Notes under the pieces: generated by a model | The model's input: only the letters and a program-made list of their open reading frames with translations | The model's database searches: none | What the model was told of the DNA's origin: nothing | Made by a program: the position numbers and the translations under genes | Virus record (IMG/VR): IMGVR_UViG_3300034059_000003 | Span: 1 to 64,000 of that record | Origin: a virus | Lineage: Duplodnaviria; Caudoviricetes | Direction: 5' to 3' (one strand) | DNA: 64,000 bases | Part shown: positions 8,638 to 17,449 of the stretch, piece by piece | Layout of the letters: the number at the start of each line of letters is the position of its first letter | Numbering within the stretch: position 1 is the stretch's first letter

Positions 8638-9569
8638 ATTTCAAAAAATTTCCAATAAGTCAATCCATTATTAAGTTGTTCTTACATAATGGAGAAGAAA
8701 AACAATATTGTTTTAGAAGGATATTCCTTACAAAAATTGTCCGTTCACTTCCAGAACAAAGGACAGAACCAATGATGAAAGGAAAATATTTTGAAACATA
8801 TTGTCTTGGTAAAAGCTCTGGCGGGGAAATCTACGATCTCCCTCGCAAGGGCCTTACAAAAAAAGAACTTGCTGAGAATGCGGTGAGAAAAGTTGAAAAG
8901 AAACCACTTCTTCTTGGGCAAAAGACTCTTGATCATATTCGTATAGATGATCAAATAACAAGATTTAAGGCTCTTGCTAATAAGAATAAAGTAGTAATCG
9001 CTGATTACAATGTTCAGGTTCCAATCATAACAAGATGGGATCAGGACCCAGATATATTTCTTAGCGCAGAACTTGATATCTTTCCAACAACAATTCTCCT
9101 TCCGGATGAAGAAGACGATAATATCCCAAAATTATTTGCAGCTATTATTGATCTTAAACTTACATCTGATATTCATAACACTTTTGGAGAATATTGTTAT
9201 GGTAGTCCAGAATATCTTGATCTCATACAAGCAAAGATGTACCATTATTGTGTCCGTAAAATTGATAAGGATCTTAATCCTGGATTAACTGAATTGATAA
9301 CGGAATCGGTTCAGAAATTGATAGACCAAAATAGGATATTGTTCCTTTTATGGATATTCAATTATAAAGGAAAGGTTCTTGAGGATAAATTTATCAAGGT
9401 TTCCTGGGATTGTAACAAACTTGCTGAGCTTAATGAAAGCATCCGGAAAACAATAGGATGCCTTGAAATGGGTGAAAAACTTGACTGGCCTACAAATCCA
9501 GAATTTCATATGTGTAAATCATGTCCGTGGACAGATTGTCCGGATAAAATAAAAATCCAAACAGTTTAA
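8634..9569 (+). CDS. PD-(D/E)xK exonuclease, Cas4/AddB-like with putative 4-Cys Fe-S cluster
   Basis: SQS..K, N-terminal Cys (YCFRR), GKYFE, SAELD, IIDLK, QAKMY, and C-terminal CKSCPWTDC. Confidence 0.75.
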   Translation: MNFKKFPISQSIIKLFLHNGEEKQYCFRRIFLTKIVRSLPEQRTEPMMKGKYFETYCLGKSSGGEIYDLPRKGLTKKELAENAVRKVEKKPLLLGQKTLDHIRIDDQITRFKALANKNKVVIADYNVQVPIITRWDQDPDIFLSAELDIFPTTILLPDEEDDNIPKLFAAIIDLKLTSDIHNTFGEYCYGSPEYLDLIQAKMYHYCVRKIDKDLNPGLTELITESVQKLIDQNRILFLLWIFNYKGKVLEDKFIKVSWDCNKLAELNESIRKTIGCLEMGEKLDWPTNPEFHMCKSCPWTDCPDKIKIQTV

Positions 9570-9573
9570 AATC

Positions 9574-10458
9574 ATGAAAGAAGAAAACAGAATCTTAAAT
9601 TTCAAAGACAACAAAATACAAGAACTGTCATTTGATGAATTGAAAACAACCGTTAAAGAAGAAGATTATAACGGGAAGCCTATTATGGGTATGTATCATT
9701 TTGAGTATATTAATGCTGCTCTTCTAACTGTCGCTGCAGCAGGTTTGAAGTATACTCTTGATCCAATATGGGCAGCACAGAACATGGACAAATCACGACC
9801 AGGTGTAAGTGTAATCGAAAAATACAGGGAACAATACGGTGAAGGTGACTATAGAACTTTCCTTCTGAGAAGGATATTCTCTCGTATCATAATCTCTGAT
9901 GATGAGGATGAAACAACAAACACCGCAATAGCCCTTTGTTATAATCAGATGGGCTTTCAGATGGCTTATGGTCCAAATGTTAAAATCTGCCAGAATCAAT
10001 GTATCCTTGGTGCCGATAAATTTATGTCGAGTTATGCTTCGGATAATAAAATGCCGACACCACAAAGAATGATTGAAGTTCTTGGTGACTGGTTAAAAGA
10101 TTTCACAAAACAAAGAACTCAGGATAAAGAAACAATTCTGATGCTTCAGGAAACAAATGTTTCTGAACCTGATGTTCTTGAAATCATTGGTGATCTTACT
10201 TCAAAGAGGATTCGTAAGGAGAATGCCAAACAATTTCCTCGTGAACCAATACCTCCACTTAACCAGTCTCAGATAGGTAAGTTTGCTGAGAGATGGCTCA
10301 TACAGAAAGCAGAAAAGAACAAATCTGATTTCTCATTATGGGATATCTATAACTTCGCTACTGAGCTTTATAAGCCTGGGGAGACAGATTATCCTATAAT
10401 AATCTCAAGCAACTATGCTATGAGCCAATATCTCATTAATAGGTATAAAGAGAATTAG
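9574..10458 (+). CDS. Bacteroidota mobile-element protein (DUF932/DUF3871-like)
   Basis: LRRIFSRIII...NQMGFQMAYGPNVKICQNQCI...SLWDIYNFATELYKP pattern; lies in the recombination cluster. Confidence 0.45.
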   Translation: MKEENRILNFKDNKIQELSFDELKTTVKEEDYNGKPIMGMYHFEYINAALLTVAAAGLKYTLDPIWAAQNMDKSRPGVSVIEKYREQYGEGDYRTFLLRRIFSRIIISDDEDETTNTAIALCYNQMGFQMAYGPNVKICQNQCILGADKFMSSYASDNKMPTPQRMIEVLGDWLKDFTKQRTQDKETILMLQETNVSEPDVLEIIGDLTSKRIRKENAKQFPREPIPPLNQSQIGKFAERWLIQKAEKNKSDFSLWDIYNFATELYKPGETDYPIIISSNYAMSQYLINRYKEN

Positions 10459-10490
10459 TCCTGGACAAATTCAAAATCATTAAAAATTTT

Positions 10491-10527
10491 AAAGGGGAGT
10501 ACTACCAGGGCGCTCCCCTTTATCTTT
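10491..10527 (+). terminator. Rho-independent terminator
   Basis: Stem AAAGGGGAG / CTCCCCTTT (9 bp, with G-U extension) followed by T-rich sequence. Confidence 0.75.
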
Positions 10528-10560
10528 ATAAATAACTAACAAAAAACACGAGTGATTGAA

Positions 10561-10959
10561 ATGAAAAAAGTGAAGTTACCATTATCTAAAATAGCAGAGA
10601 TTGTTTCTGAATCAGATACAATAAGCGATTGTCTTACTCGTTTATATTTAGAAGTTATCCCTGATAAATTTGAGGATATAATTAAGTTTAATAGTTTTCC
10701 TCAAGTAAATGAAAAAACTGCCATAACAATTATGCAAGAAATGCATAAAAAATGGGATCGTGCATCTGTAAATATGTTGTGGATGAATAAAGGGTTTTCA
10801 AGCTCTCATGAAGATCTAAAAGATTTTCAAGTGAGACTCCCGGGTAATCTTTACACACTATATACTGAACTCGATGATATCACTGCAGGATTTGCAAAGA
10901 TAGAAGTAGAAGAATTCGGACAAGATCCAAATGAATACGAATATGTTAACCGGACATAA
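10561..10959 (+). CDS. Hypothetical protein
   Basis: ATG10561 preferred over GTG10552; open to TAA10959. Confidence 0.6.
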   Translation: MKKVKLPLSKIAEIVSESDTISDCLTRLYLEVIPDKFEDIIKFNSFPQVNEKTAITIMQEMHKKWDRASVNMLWMNKGFSSSHEDLKDFQVRLPGNLYTLYTELDDITAGFAKIEVEEFGQDPNEYEYVNRT

Positions 10960-11428
10960 ACCATGTACAATAGATGGATGCAATCAATCCATGTATGCAA
11001 GGGGTTATTGCCTCAGTCATTATAAAAAATACTATCTCTTGCCAAAAGCAATAGAGAAACAAAAAAATAATCCTAAGAAAAAATATAATATCCCTAAAAG
11101 AACAAAAAAAAGGGAAAAAGAAGAAACTATATACCACGACGAAAGAAAAGAATTCATCGAAGAAGAAAGACAGAAAGATAAATTAAAAAGGATCTTCTGT
11201 ATCTTCTGCGGTGAAGAGATAAAAGGAGAACCTGATCTACATCATGGTGACGGAAGAGATAATGATAAACTTCTCAGAAAAGAAGATTGGTTTCTTTCAC
11301 ATCATGAATGTCATATGGATTACCACGATAAATCATGGAAGAAATTAAAATGGTGGTCTGGATATATCGAAAGGATTTCTATCAACTTCCTTATTCATAA
11401 AAAAGAACTTAAAAAAATGGAGAAATAA
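10931..11428 (+). CDS. HNH/beta-beta-alpha-Me nuclease-like protein with N-terminal C-x4-C...C-x2-H finger
   Basis: CTIDGCNQSMYARGYCLSHY at the N-terminus; CIFCG...DLHH...SHHECHMDYH at the C-terminus. Confidence 0.65.
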   Translation: MNTNMLTGHKPCTIDGCNQSMYARGYCLSHYKKYYLLPKAIEKQKNNPKKKYNIPKRTKKREKEETIYHDERKEFIEEERQKDKLKRIFCIFCGEEIKGEPDLHHGDGRDNDKLLRKEDWFLSHHECHMDYHDKSWKKLKWWSGYIERISINFLIHKKELKKMEK

Positions 11429-11614
11429 ATGGATAAACAAGGAATGATAACCGAAATATTACAGGTTAATACTGTAAGTATAATAACAAACTCTGAAATG
11501 AGAAAAGAAAATAAAAAAAGAATGTGTTCAAATGAGGAACTATTCCTTAATCTGGTTCTCTTAACAGAAGAAGAATTAACAAAGATTTGCAATGAACTAT
11601 ATATTAAGATATGA
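11429..11614 (+). CDS. Hypothetical protein
   Basis: 61 aa; abuts the upstream stop and overlaps the next gene by ATGA. Confidence 0.5.
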   Translation: MDKQGMITEILQVNTVSIITNSEMRKENKKRMCSNEELFLNLVLLTEEELTKICNELYIKI

Positions 11615-12312
11615 AGAACTTCAACACAAATACATCAAATAATGATGAATGGTTAACACCACCTGAAATCATCTCATCTCTTGGTTCATTCGATCTTGAT
11701 CCATGTAGTCCAATAAACCGACCTTGGGATACAGCAAAGAATCATTATTCATTACTTGATAATGGTCTTTTATTACCGTGGTTTGGAAGAGTTTGGTTAA
11801 ATCCACCATATGGAGGAGAACTTGAGGCTTGGTTAAACAGAATGGCAATGCACCGAAATGGTATATCACTAATATTTGCCAGAACAGAAACAAAAGCAGT
11901 TCATTTATTCGGTTTTCCAGTAGCAAATTCGTTATTCTTTTTCAATGGCCGAATTAAGTTCTATGATGTAAACGGAAATAGACATCTTAATGCTAATGCT
12001 CCATCAATGTTACTTGCTTATACTGAATATGATTCGGAAATGATATCGATATCCAAACTTAAGGGTTTTCATATATCTCTACTTCCAGAATTATTTCTTA
12101 TTGATATTTTTCATGATGAAAGAACCTGGAAAGTAATAATCGGAGAAGCAATGAACACTTTAGATTGTAGTGCATCATTAAATGAAATCTATAAATTGGT
12201 AATTAAGATGGCACCAAAAAAGGTACAGAATAATAAACATTACAAAGAGAAAATAAGACAAACTCTTCAATATCATTTTATAAATATAGAAAAGGGAATA
12301 TGGACAAATTAG
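11611..12312 (+). CDS. Phage DNA N6-adenine methyltransferase (Dam-type) with C-terminal winged-helix-like extension
   Basis: DEWLTP, FDLDPC, catalytic WLNPPYG, ARTET; extra C-terminal ~60 aa. Confidence 0.88.
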   Translation: MKNFNTNTSNNDEWLTPPEIISSLGSFDLDPCSPINRPWDTAKNHYSLLDNGLLLPWFGRVWLNPPYGGELEAWLNRMAMHRNGISLIFARTETKAVHLFGFPVANSLFFFNGRIKFYDVNGNRHLNANAPSMLLAYTEYDSEMISISKLKGFHISLLPELFLIDIFHDERTWKVIIGEAMNTLDCSASLNEIYKLVIKMAPKKVQNNKHYKEKIRQTLQYHFINIEKGIWTN

Positions 12313-12521
12313 GAGAACGTAATTGCTATATGATTAGCAGGGCTTTTAAAAGATATGGGAATGATCCAGAAGATGTTATATCTTATATTTTTGCTGATAT
12401 GTATGCTGACGAAGCAAAAGAACTTTGTGCATTCATCAGATGGGTTTGTAAGACATGAATTGAAATATCAGAAGATACTCTTGAAGAAATTTACAAAGAA
12501 TTTAATAATAATCTTAAATAG
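12300..12521 (+). pseudogene. Unlisted ORF interrupted by one in-frame TGA
   Basis: ATG12300 reads MDKLGERNCY...RWVCKT, then TGA12456-58, then IEISEDTLEEIYKEFNNNLK-TAG12521. It exactly fills the gap between the methylase and ATG12529. Confidence 0.5.
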
Positions 12522-12528
12522 ATATACT

Positions 12529-12921
12529 ATGCTACTTGAAGAATTAAGAGAGTACGTAAAAGCAACAACTCAGGTAATAGAGGCATTAAATGAGTTAATC
12601 AAAAAAAGTCCTATTCCAGAGAGTCAGATAAATTCCTTGATAAATCCTAAGTTTCTGGAACAATTGAATGAGATGAATGTTAAATTCAATCACTGGAAAC
12701 CAAATATCTACATTTATGTAGAAGGAGGAATAGTCCAGGAAGTTATTTCAGACTGTAATATTTATCTCAGCATCTTCGATGACGATATTGAATCAAGATC
12801 TGATGAAGATGATGATGATCAAACAAAGAATAAAGAATCATACCAGGACCGGAAAGAGACATTCAAATGGATGATAGAGTCTGGTCTTCGTGATGGAACA
12901 TTAAAAAGAGCAATAGAATGA
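12529..12921 (+). CDS. Hypothetical protein
   Basis: Likely start MLLEELREY at ATG12529; the track's N-terminal extension is a shadow of the 12300 ORF. Contains IYVEGGIVQEV. Confidence 0.6.
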   Translation: MLLEELREYVKATTQVIEALNELIKKSPIPESQINSLINPKFLEQLNEMNVKFNHWKPNIYIYVEGGIVQEVISDCNIYLSIFDDDIESRSDEDDDDQTKNKESYQDRKETFKWMIESGLRDGTLKRAIE

Positions 12922-13109
12922 TTGAACTTGATATTAAAATGAGAGCAGAAGATGAAAAAACTGTTGAGTTTTTTTCTCAGATAATCTATAAGGCTTTTGC
13001 AACTGCAAACTCATTAGAAGAAATCGATGTAACTCTATCAGTAGAAAAAGATGGAGGTATTGTTACAGTAACAAGACGTGAAATTATAAACACATCAAAA
13101 AATGGATGA
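12918..13109 (+). CDS. Hypothetical protein
   Basis: 63 aa with ATGA overlap. Confidence 0.5.
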   Translation: MIELDIKMRAEDEKTVEFFSQIIYKAFATANSLEEIDVTLSVEKDGGIVTVTRREIINTSKNG

Positions 13110-13136
13110 ATATAAATACTACTAATTTTTACTAAA

Positions 13137-13601
13137 ATGAAAGGAACAAGCGCTTTTAAACAGACTATAGAAGCAAAGTTAAAAGAGGTGGCTAAGGCAG
13201 ATCCTCTTTTTGCTGAGAAACTTAAAAATGAGAAAAAAAACATTGATGACTGTATAACCTACATTCTGAATACTGTAAAAGCAAGTGATTGCAATGGTTT
13301 TGCCGATGATGAAATTTATGGTATGGCAATACACTACTATGAAGAAGAAAACATTGACATTGGAAAACCAATGGAGTATCATGTGGCAGTCAATCATAAG
13401 GTTAAACTCACGGAAGAAGAAATACAGGAAGCAAAAGAGAAAGCTGTCCGGGAAATAATAGCTGAACAAAAGAAGAAAATGGCATCAAAGCCAGATAAGA
13501 CTACACAAAAGAACGAAAAGAAAGATGATCCAGTTCTCAAAAACATTATCTCTGGAAATATTGATAGCAAACCAAAAGTAATAGAACAAACACTATTCTA
13601 A
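13137..13601 (+). CDS. pcfK: PcfK-like protein (family that includes anti-CRISPR AcrIIA9)
   Basis: FKQTIEAKL...DPLFA...KNIDDCITYILNTVKAS.CNGFADDEIYGMAIHYYEE is the PcfK pattern; pcfJ lies two genes downstream. Confidence 0.8.
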   Translation: MKGTSAFKQTIEAKLKEVAKADPLFAEKLKNEKKNIDDCITYILNTVKASDCNGFADDEIYGMAIHYYEEENIDIGKPMEYHVAVNHKVKLTEEEIQEAKEKAVREIIAEQKKKMASKPDKTTQKNEKKDDPVLKNIISGNIDSKPKVIEQTLF

Positions 13602-13603
13602 CT

Positions 13604-13897
13604 ATGGAATACTTTACAAAAATTACATCCGCAGATTACAGATCTAAAAATAAACTTGAAGAAGCTGCAAAAGCTATGGCTTTAAACAAGGATAGAGAAC
13701 TTATTGATGAATCAAAACTCGAAGAGTGGTCCTCAGATATCAAGAGAAGACTTAAAGCTCTATGTGATTATTTTCATAGATGTAAACCTCTCAATTATAA
13801 TTTTGAAATAGCGTACAATAAGAAAGATTACGAATTTCATTGCAGCGAAGTCTTTACTATAACTCTTTATCTTATTAAAAAGAAAAATACTGAATGA
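13604..13897 (+). CDS. Hypothetical protein inserted between pcfK and pcfJ
   Basis: 97-aa ORF with ATGA overlap into pcfJ. Confidence 0.6.
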   Translation: MEYFTKITSADYRSKNKLEEAAKAMALNKDRELIDESKLEEWSSDIKRRLKALCDYFHRCKPLNYNFEIAYNKKDYEFHCSEVFTITLYLIKKKNTE

Positions 13898-15243
13898 AGC
13901 CAAAAACAGAACTCCAAAAGAAAGTTGCCAGGTTAAGCGAGAATCTTTCTCAGATTAATCAAAAATCAATAGAATGGGCATATCAAAATTGTTTAGACAA
14001 TATGGCAGTACAATCACGTAATCGGTTGTACTGCCTTGAATGCGGTCATAAATGGAATCCAAAAATTAAACTTGAGGCCAAATTACTTAGTCCTATTTGT
14101 CCAAATTGTGGGAAACATCTTAAGTTAAAAGAAAATTGTCAGACTATATTCAAAGATTCGGCTTATGTATCTATAATAACAACAGAAAAAGGAATGCAAG
14201 TTGATAGATTAATTTTAGTCAACAAATATGGACGAAAACTTACAAAACCTGAATACAGTTGGCATGAGGTAATGCAAAGGTGGATTGATGAAAAGGGAAA
14301 TATTACAGTAATGTCCCTTAATGTAAATGGATTAGCTTTTATTGCTGATGCATGGAATTATAGTTCAGAACTGGAAATAAGACTCGCATACTCTCAAAAA
14401 GGATCATTCAGACATGATATTAAAGCCTATAAAATATGTCCCGGATCACAAGTTTTACCAATAATAAAGAGGAATGGATTTAATGGATTTTATCATAAAA
14501 TTGCTCCTCATATTTTATTCAGTATGATACTGAAAAATAAAAAGGTAGAACTATTATTAAAATCAAAGATGTTCCATTTACTGAAAACGGCTTGTGATGG
14601 TAAGTATACGAGAGAAAAGATTGAAAAATATTGGCCAAGTATTAAAATCTGTATCAGAAATAAATATTATATCAAATCTGTTGATACATGGTTTGACTAT
14701 ATAGAACTACTTGATTATTTCGGCAAAGACCTTAGAAATCCTCATTATGTATGTCCTGCTAATCTCATAAAAGTTCATGATAAATTGGTAGAAAAGAAAA
14801 TGATAATCATACATCGTCAGGAACTCGAAGAGATGAAAGAGAAACTTGAATCAGACCAAAAGGAATATTTAAAAAGTAAAAGGAAATACTTCAACCTCTG
14901 TTTTAAAAACAACGATATAATAATAAAACCTCTTATATCTGTTGAAGAATTTATGGAAGAAGGAGATATGTTACATCATTGTATTTTCACAAATGAATAT
15001 TATAAGAAACCTGATTCTCTTGTTCTTTCTGCAAGAAAAGATAATAAACCACTTGAAACAATAGAAGTATCTCTTTCTAAATTAAAGGTTGTTCAATGCC
15101 ATGGTGCCTGTAATGAACCAACAAAATATCATAGTACTATAATGGAACTTATAAATAAAAACCTGGACAAGATTGATAAATTAAAAAGATCCTCCAGAAA
15201 AAATGTTGAACAAAGAAAATATAAAGAAAAAATAGCCGTTTAA
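13894..15243 (+). CDS. pcfJ: PcfJ-like protein
   Basis: MKPKTELQK, two CxxC, W.DY..LL.YFGKDLRNPHYVCP.NL..HD, EG..LHHCIF...Y, ETIEVSL...VVQCHG.CN. Confidence 0.85.
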   Translation: MKPKTELQKKVARLSENLSQINQKSIEWAYQNCLDNMAVQSRNRLYCLECGHKWNPKIKLEAKLLSPICPNCGKHLKLKENCQTIFKDSAYVSIITTEKGMQVDRLILVNKYGRKLTKPEYSWHEVMQRWIDEKGNITVMSLNVNGLAFIADAWNYSSELEIRLAYSQKGSFRHDIKAYKICPGSQVLPIIKRNGFNGFYHKIAPHILFSMILKNKKVELLLKSKMFHLLKTACDGKYTREKIEKYWPSIKICIRNKYYIKSVDTWFDYIELLDYFGKDLRNPHYVCPANLIKVHDKLVEKKMIIIHRQELEEMKEKLESDQKEYLKSKRKYFNLCFKNNDIIIKPLISVEEFMEEGDMLHHCIFTNEYYKKPDSLVLSARKDNKPLETIEVSLSKLKVVQCHGACNEPTKYHSTIMELINKNLDKIDKLKRSSRKNVEQRKYKEKIAV

Positions 15244-15257
15244 TAATAAAAAAGAAA

Positions 15258-15542
15258 ATGTCATTTGACTGTAGAACTATAAACAATGGTGAAAGATGCA
15301 AACATCTGAGACCCCTCCATGAAGAGAGATTAATATCAGATGTTAAATTTTGTATCTGTCGTGAAACCAGGAATATTATCTGGCCTGAGACAGAGAGGTC
15401 CGGAACAATAAGAGAAAAGGTTATCTCAATAACACCTTTCTTCTTCTGTTCTATGATGGAAAAACAACGAAAACTTGGATTATGCCAAGAGGCAGAATTC
15501 ACAATTAATTCTGACGGAACATCATTACACTGGAATAAATGA
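15258..15542 (+). CDS. Hypothetical Cys-rich protein
   Basis: 94 aa with several Cys; ATGA overlap with the next gene. Confidence 0.55.
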   Translation: MSFDCRTINNGERCKHLRPLHEERLISDVKFCICRETRNIIWPETERSGTIREKVISITPFFFCSMMEKQRKLGLCQEAEFTINSDGTSLHWNK

Positions 15543-16012
15543 GAACAATATTACGTGAAGAAATAATAACCGGGGCACTGCAGAGAATAAAAAAGCAGTG
15601 CCTCACTGGTTATTTTGATGGTAATACATTGACAGATTATTTTGAGAACTGCCGATGGTATCTTATGCAATATGATTGCATGTTAATCTTTACCAGGGAT
15701 ATAGGTCATCATACCTCTGGTTGGTTTAAGAATCCTGACTATGAAAGATGTTATCATCTTTCTCTCTCTTTCCGCGGTAGATCAACAAATAAAAAAACTG
15801 TGGAAAAGATCCTTGACAATTTATATGGTGAAGACAAAAGAAAAGTATGGGTTGAACCACCATTCAGTGAAGTTGGTAAAAGTCATGGAGTATATCATTA
15901 TAGACTTTTCTGTAACGAATTTTGGATACCCATAATCCCCAGGGGAGAGGTATATAGTAAAGAGTTTACAGAAAAAGGATGGAAGTCTTATTCAGAATTA
16001 CACGCAAAATGA
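15539..16012 (+). CDS. Conserved hypothetical phage protein
   Basis: 157 aa with FTRDIGHHTSGWFKNPDYERCYHLSLSF; coupled to both neighbours. Confidence 0.65.
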   Translation: MRTILREEIITGALQRIKKQCLTGYFDGNTLTDYFENCRWYLMQYDCMLIFTRDIGHHTSGWFKNPDYERCYHLSLSFRGRSTNKKTVEKILDNLYGEDKRKVWVEPPFSEVGKSHGVYHYRLFCNEFWIPIIPRGEVYSKEFTEKGWKSYSELHAK

Positions 16013-16434
16013 TAACAACATTCGAAATTTATACTCATGAATTGACAAAGACAGAGATTGAAATCATAATGTCAATACTGTTCAAAATACTTATCACTGC
16101 TATTGGTAAGGAAAAAGCCATAACAAACAAACAAATCACTCGTGATATAAACGAAAGATTAACTTTTGTTGGTTTTAACGTAAAAACATCTGAATCACGG
16201 ATAAGGTACATGATACATATCTTAAGAACACAGGATATAATTCCATGTCTTATTGCTACTCAAACCGGATACTTTATCTCTAATAACCAGAAAGAATTAG
16301 ATAATTATATTATAAGTCTGGAAGAAAGATCAAGAGCAATCCTTAGTATAAGAAACGCATTGAAAAGACAAATTATTTGTAATAAGAAACTCGATGCGAC
16401 TCAAGAAACAATAATATTCAAACAAAAGGAATAA
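16009..16434 (+). CDS. Winged-helix DNA-binding protein
   Basis: ATG16009 overlaps the upstream stop. AIT.KQI...SESRIRYMIHILR...IA...GYF is a wHTH-like pattern. Confidence 0.6.
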   Translation: MITTFEIYTHELTKTEIEIIMSILFKILITAIGKEKAITNKQITRDINERLTFVGFNVKTSESRIRYMIHILRTQDIIPCLIATQTGYFISNNQKELDNYIISLEERSRAILSIRNALKRQIICNKKLDATQETIIFKQKE

Positions 16435-16438
16435 CATA

Positions 16439-16990
16439 ATGGAGAAAATTAAATTAACTCCAGAACAATTTGCTGTCTTCGAAAGAGGAAACAATATTGA
16501 AGTGGAAGATGGAACAATATATTTCCATTTTCCATACTGGATAAAAAAAATTAGCACAAATGGAACTTATGAGTTATATACTCGTAGTGAAATACCAGGA
16601 CTAAAACTATCATATAAAAATGGTGGTCTTGAAGAACATAAATATGAGATAAGTAAAACTGATGGTTCGCCTATGGATCCGGAAGCCTGGTATTTCGTAT
16701 TACGTGTTGACAAAGATAAACATGCCAGGGTAGCAGCTCTTGCTTATGCAAAATCGGTTGCAAAGGATAATATAAAACTTTGTCTTGATTTACTTGAAAC
16801 AGTAATAGGTTATGATCCTCTACAGACAAAGACATCTGAAGAATGGCAGAAAATCTTTCCATATAAGATTCTTGATCCTGATGGATGGGATCGAACAAAT
16901 TACGACTTCTCATGGAAACAAGAACTTATTACATGGGAAGAATTTAAGAAAAGAGCATTTCAATCAACATGCATATTCGATCCAGAATGA
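16439..16990 (+). CDS. Hypothetical (composite) phage protein
   Basis: 183 aa with DPEAWYFVLRVDKDKHARVAALAYA and ILDPDGWDR segments. Confidence 0.6.
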   Translation: MEKIKLTPEQFAVFERGNNIEVEDGTIYFHFPYWIKKISTNGTYELYTRSEIPGLKLSYKNGGLEEHKYEISKTDGSPMDPEAWYFVLRVDKDKHARVAALAYAKSVAKDNIKLCLDLLETVIGYDPLQTKTSEEWQKIFPYKILDPDGWDRTNYDFSWKQELITWEEFKKRAFQSTCIFDPE

Positions 16991-17373
16991 GATTCATTGA
17001 ATTGAAAGTAGATCCAAATGCCAAACCGCGAATGACAAAGCGGGATAGATGGGCAAAACGCCCGGTTGTTAATCAATATTTTGCCTTTAAAGATCTTGTA
17101 TGTATTGAGGCAAAAAAACTTGGTCTTGAAACATTACCTGATGATATTGCCTCATTAACATTCGTTGTTAAGATGCCTGATTCCTGGTCCACAAAAAAAA
17201 AATACCAAATGATTGGTACCGGGAAACAATCAAGGCCTGATCTTGATAATTATCTTAAGGGTTTACAAGATGCTTTATGTAAAGAAGACAAAGGCATATG
17301 GCATATTGGAGACTTAAAAAAGGTATGGGGTAATACAGGTAAGATCATAATTGGAATAGAAGATTCTGTTTAG
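16987..17373 (+). CDS. rusA: RusA-like Holliday junction resolvase
   Basis: P.AKPRMT...RPDLDNYLKGLQDAL..ED..I catalytic pattern; ATG16987 overlaps the upstream stop. Confidence 0.85.
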   Translation: MRFIELKVDPNAKPRMTKRDRWAKRPVVNQYFAFKDLVCIEAKKLGLETLPDDIASLTFVVKMPDSWSTKKKYQMIGTGKQSRPDLDNYLKGLQDALCKEDKGIWHIGDLKKVWGNTGKIIIGIEDSV

Positions 17374-17395
17374 TTTAAGTTTTGTTAGTAGTTGG

Positions 17396-17432
17396 AATGA
17401 GCCGACCCCGTGAGTGCTAAGGCTCATTTTTC
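17396..17432 (+). terminator. Possible terminator/hairpin
   Basis: 8-bp stem AATGAGCC / GGCTCATT with a 17-nt loop, followed by TTTC. Confidence 0.45.
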
Positions 17433-17449
17433 ACCTTAAAAAAGAAAAT

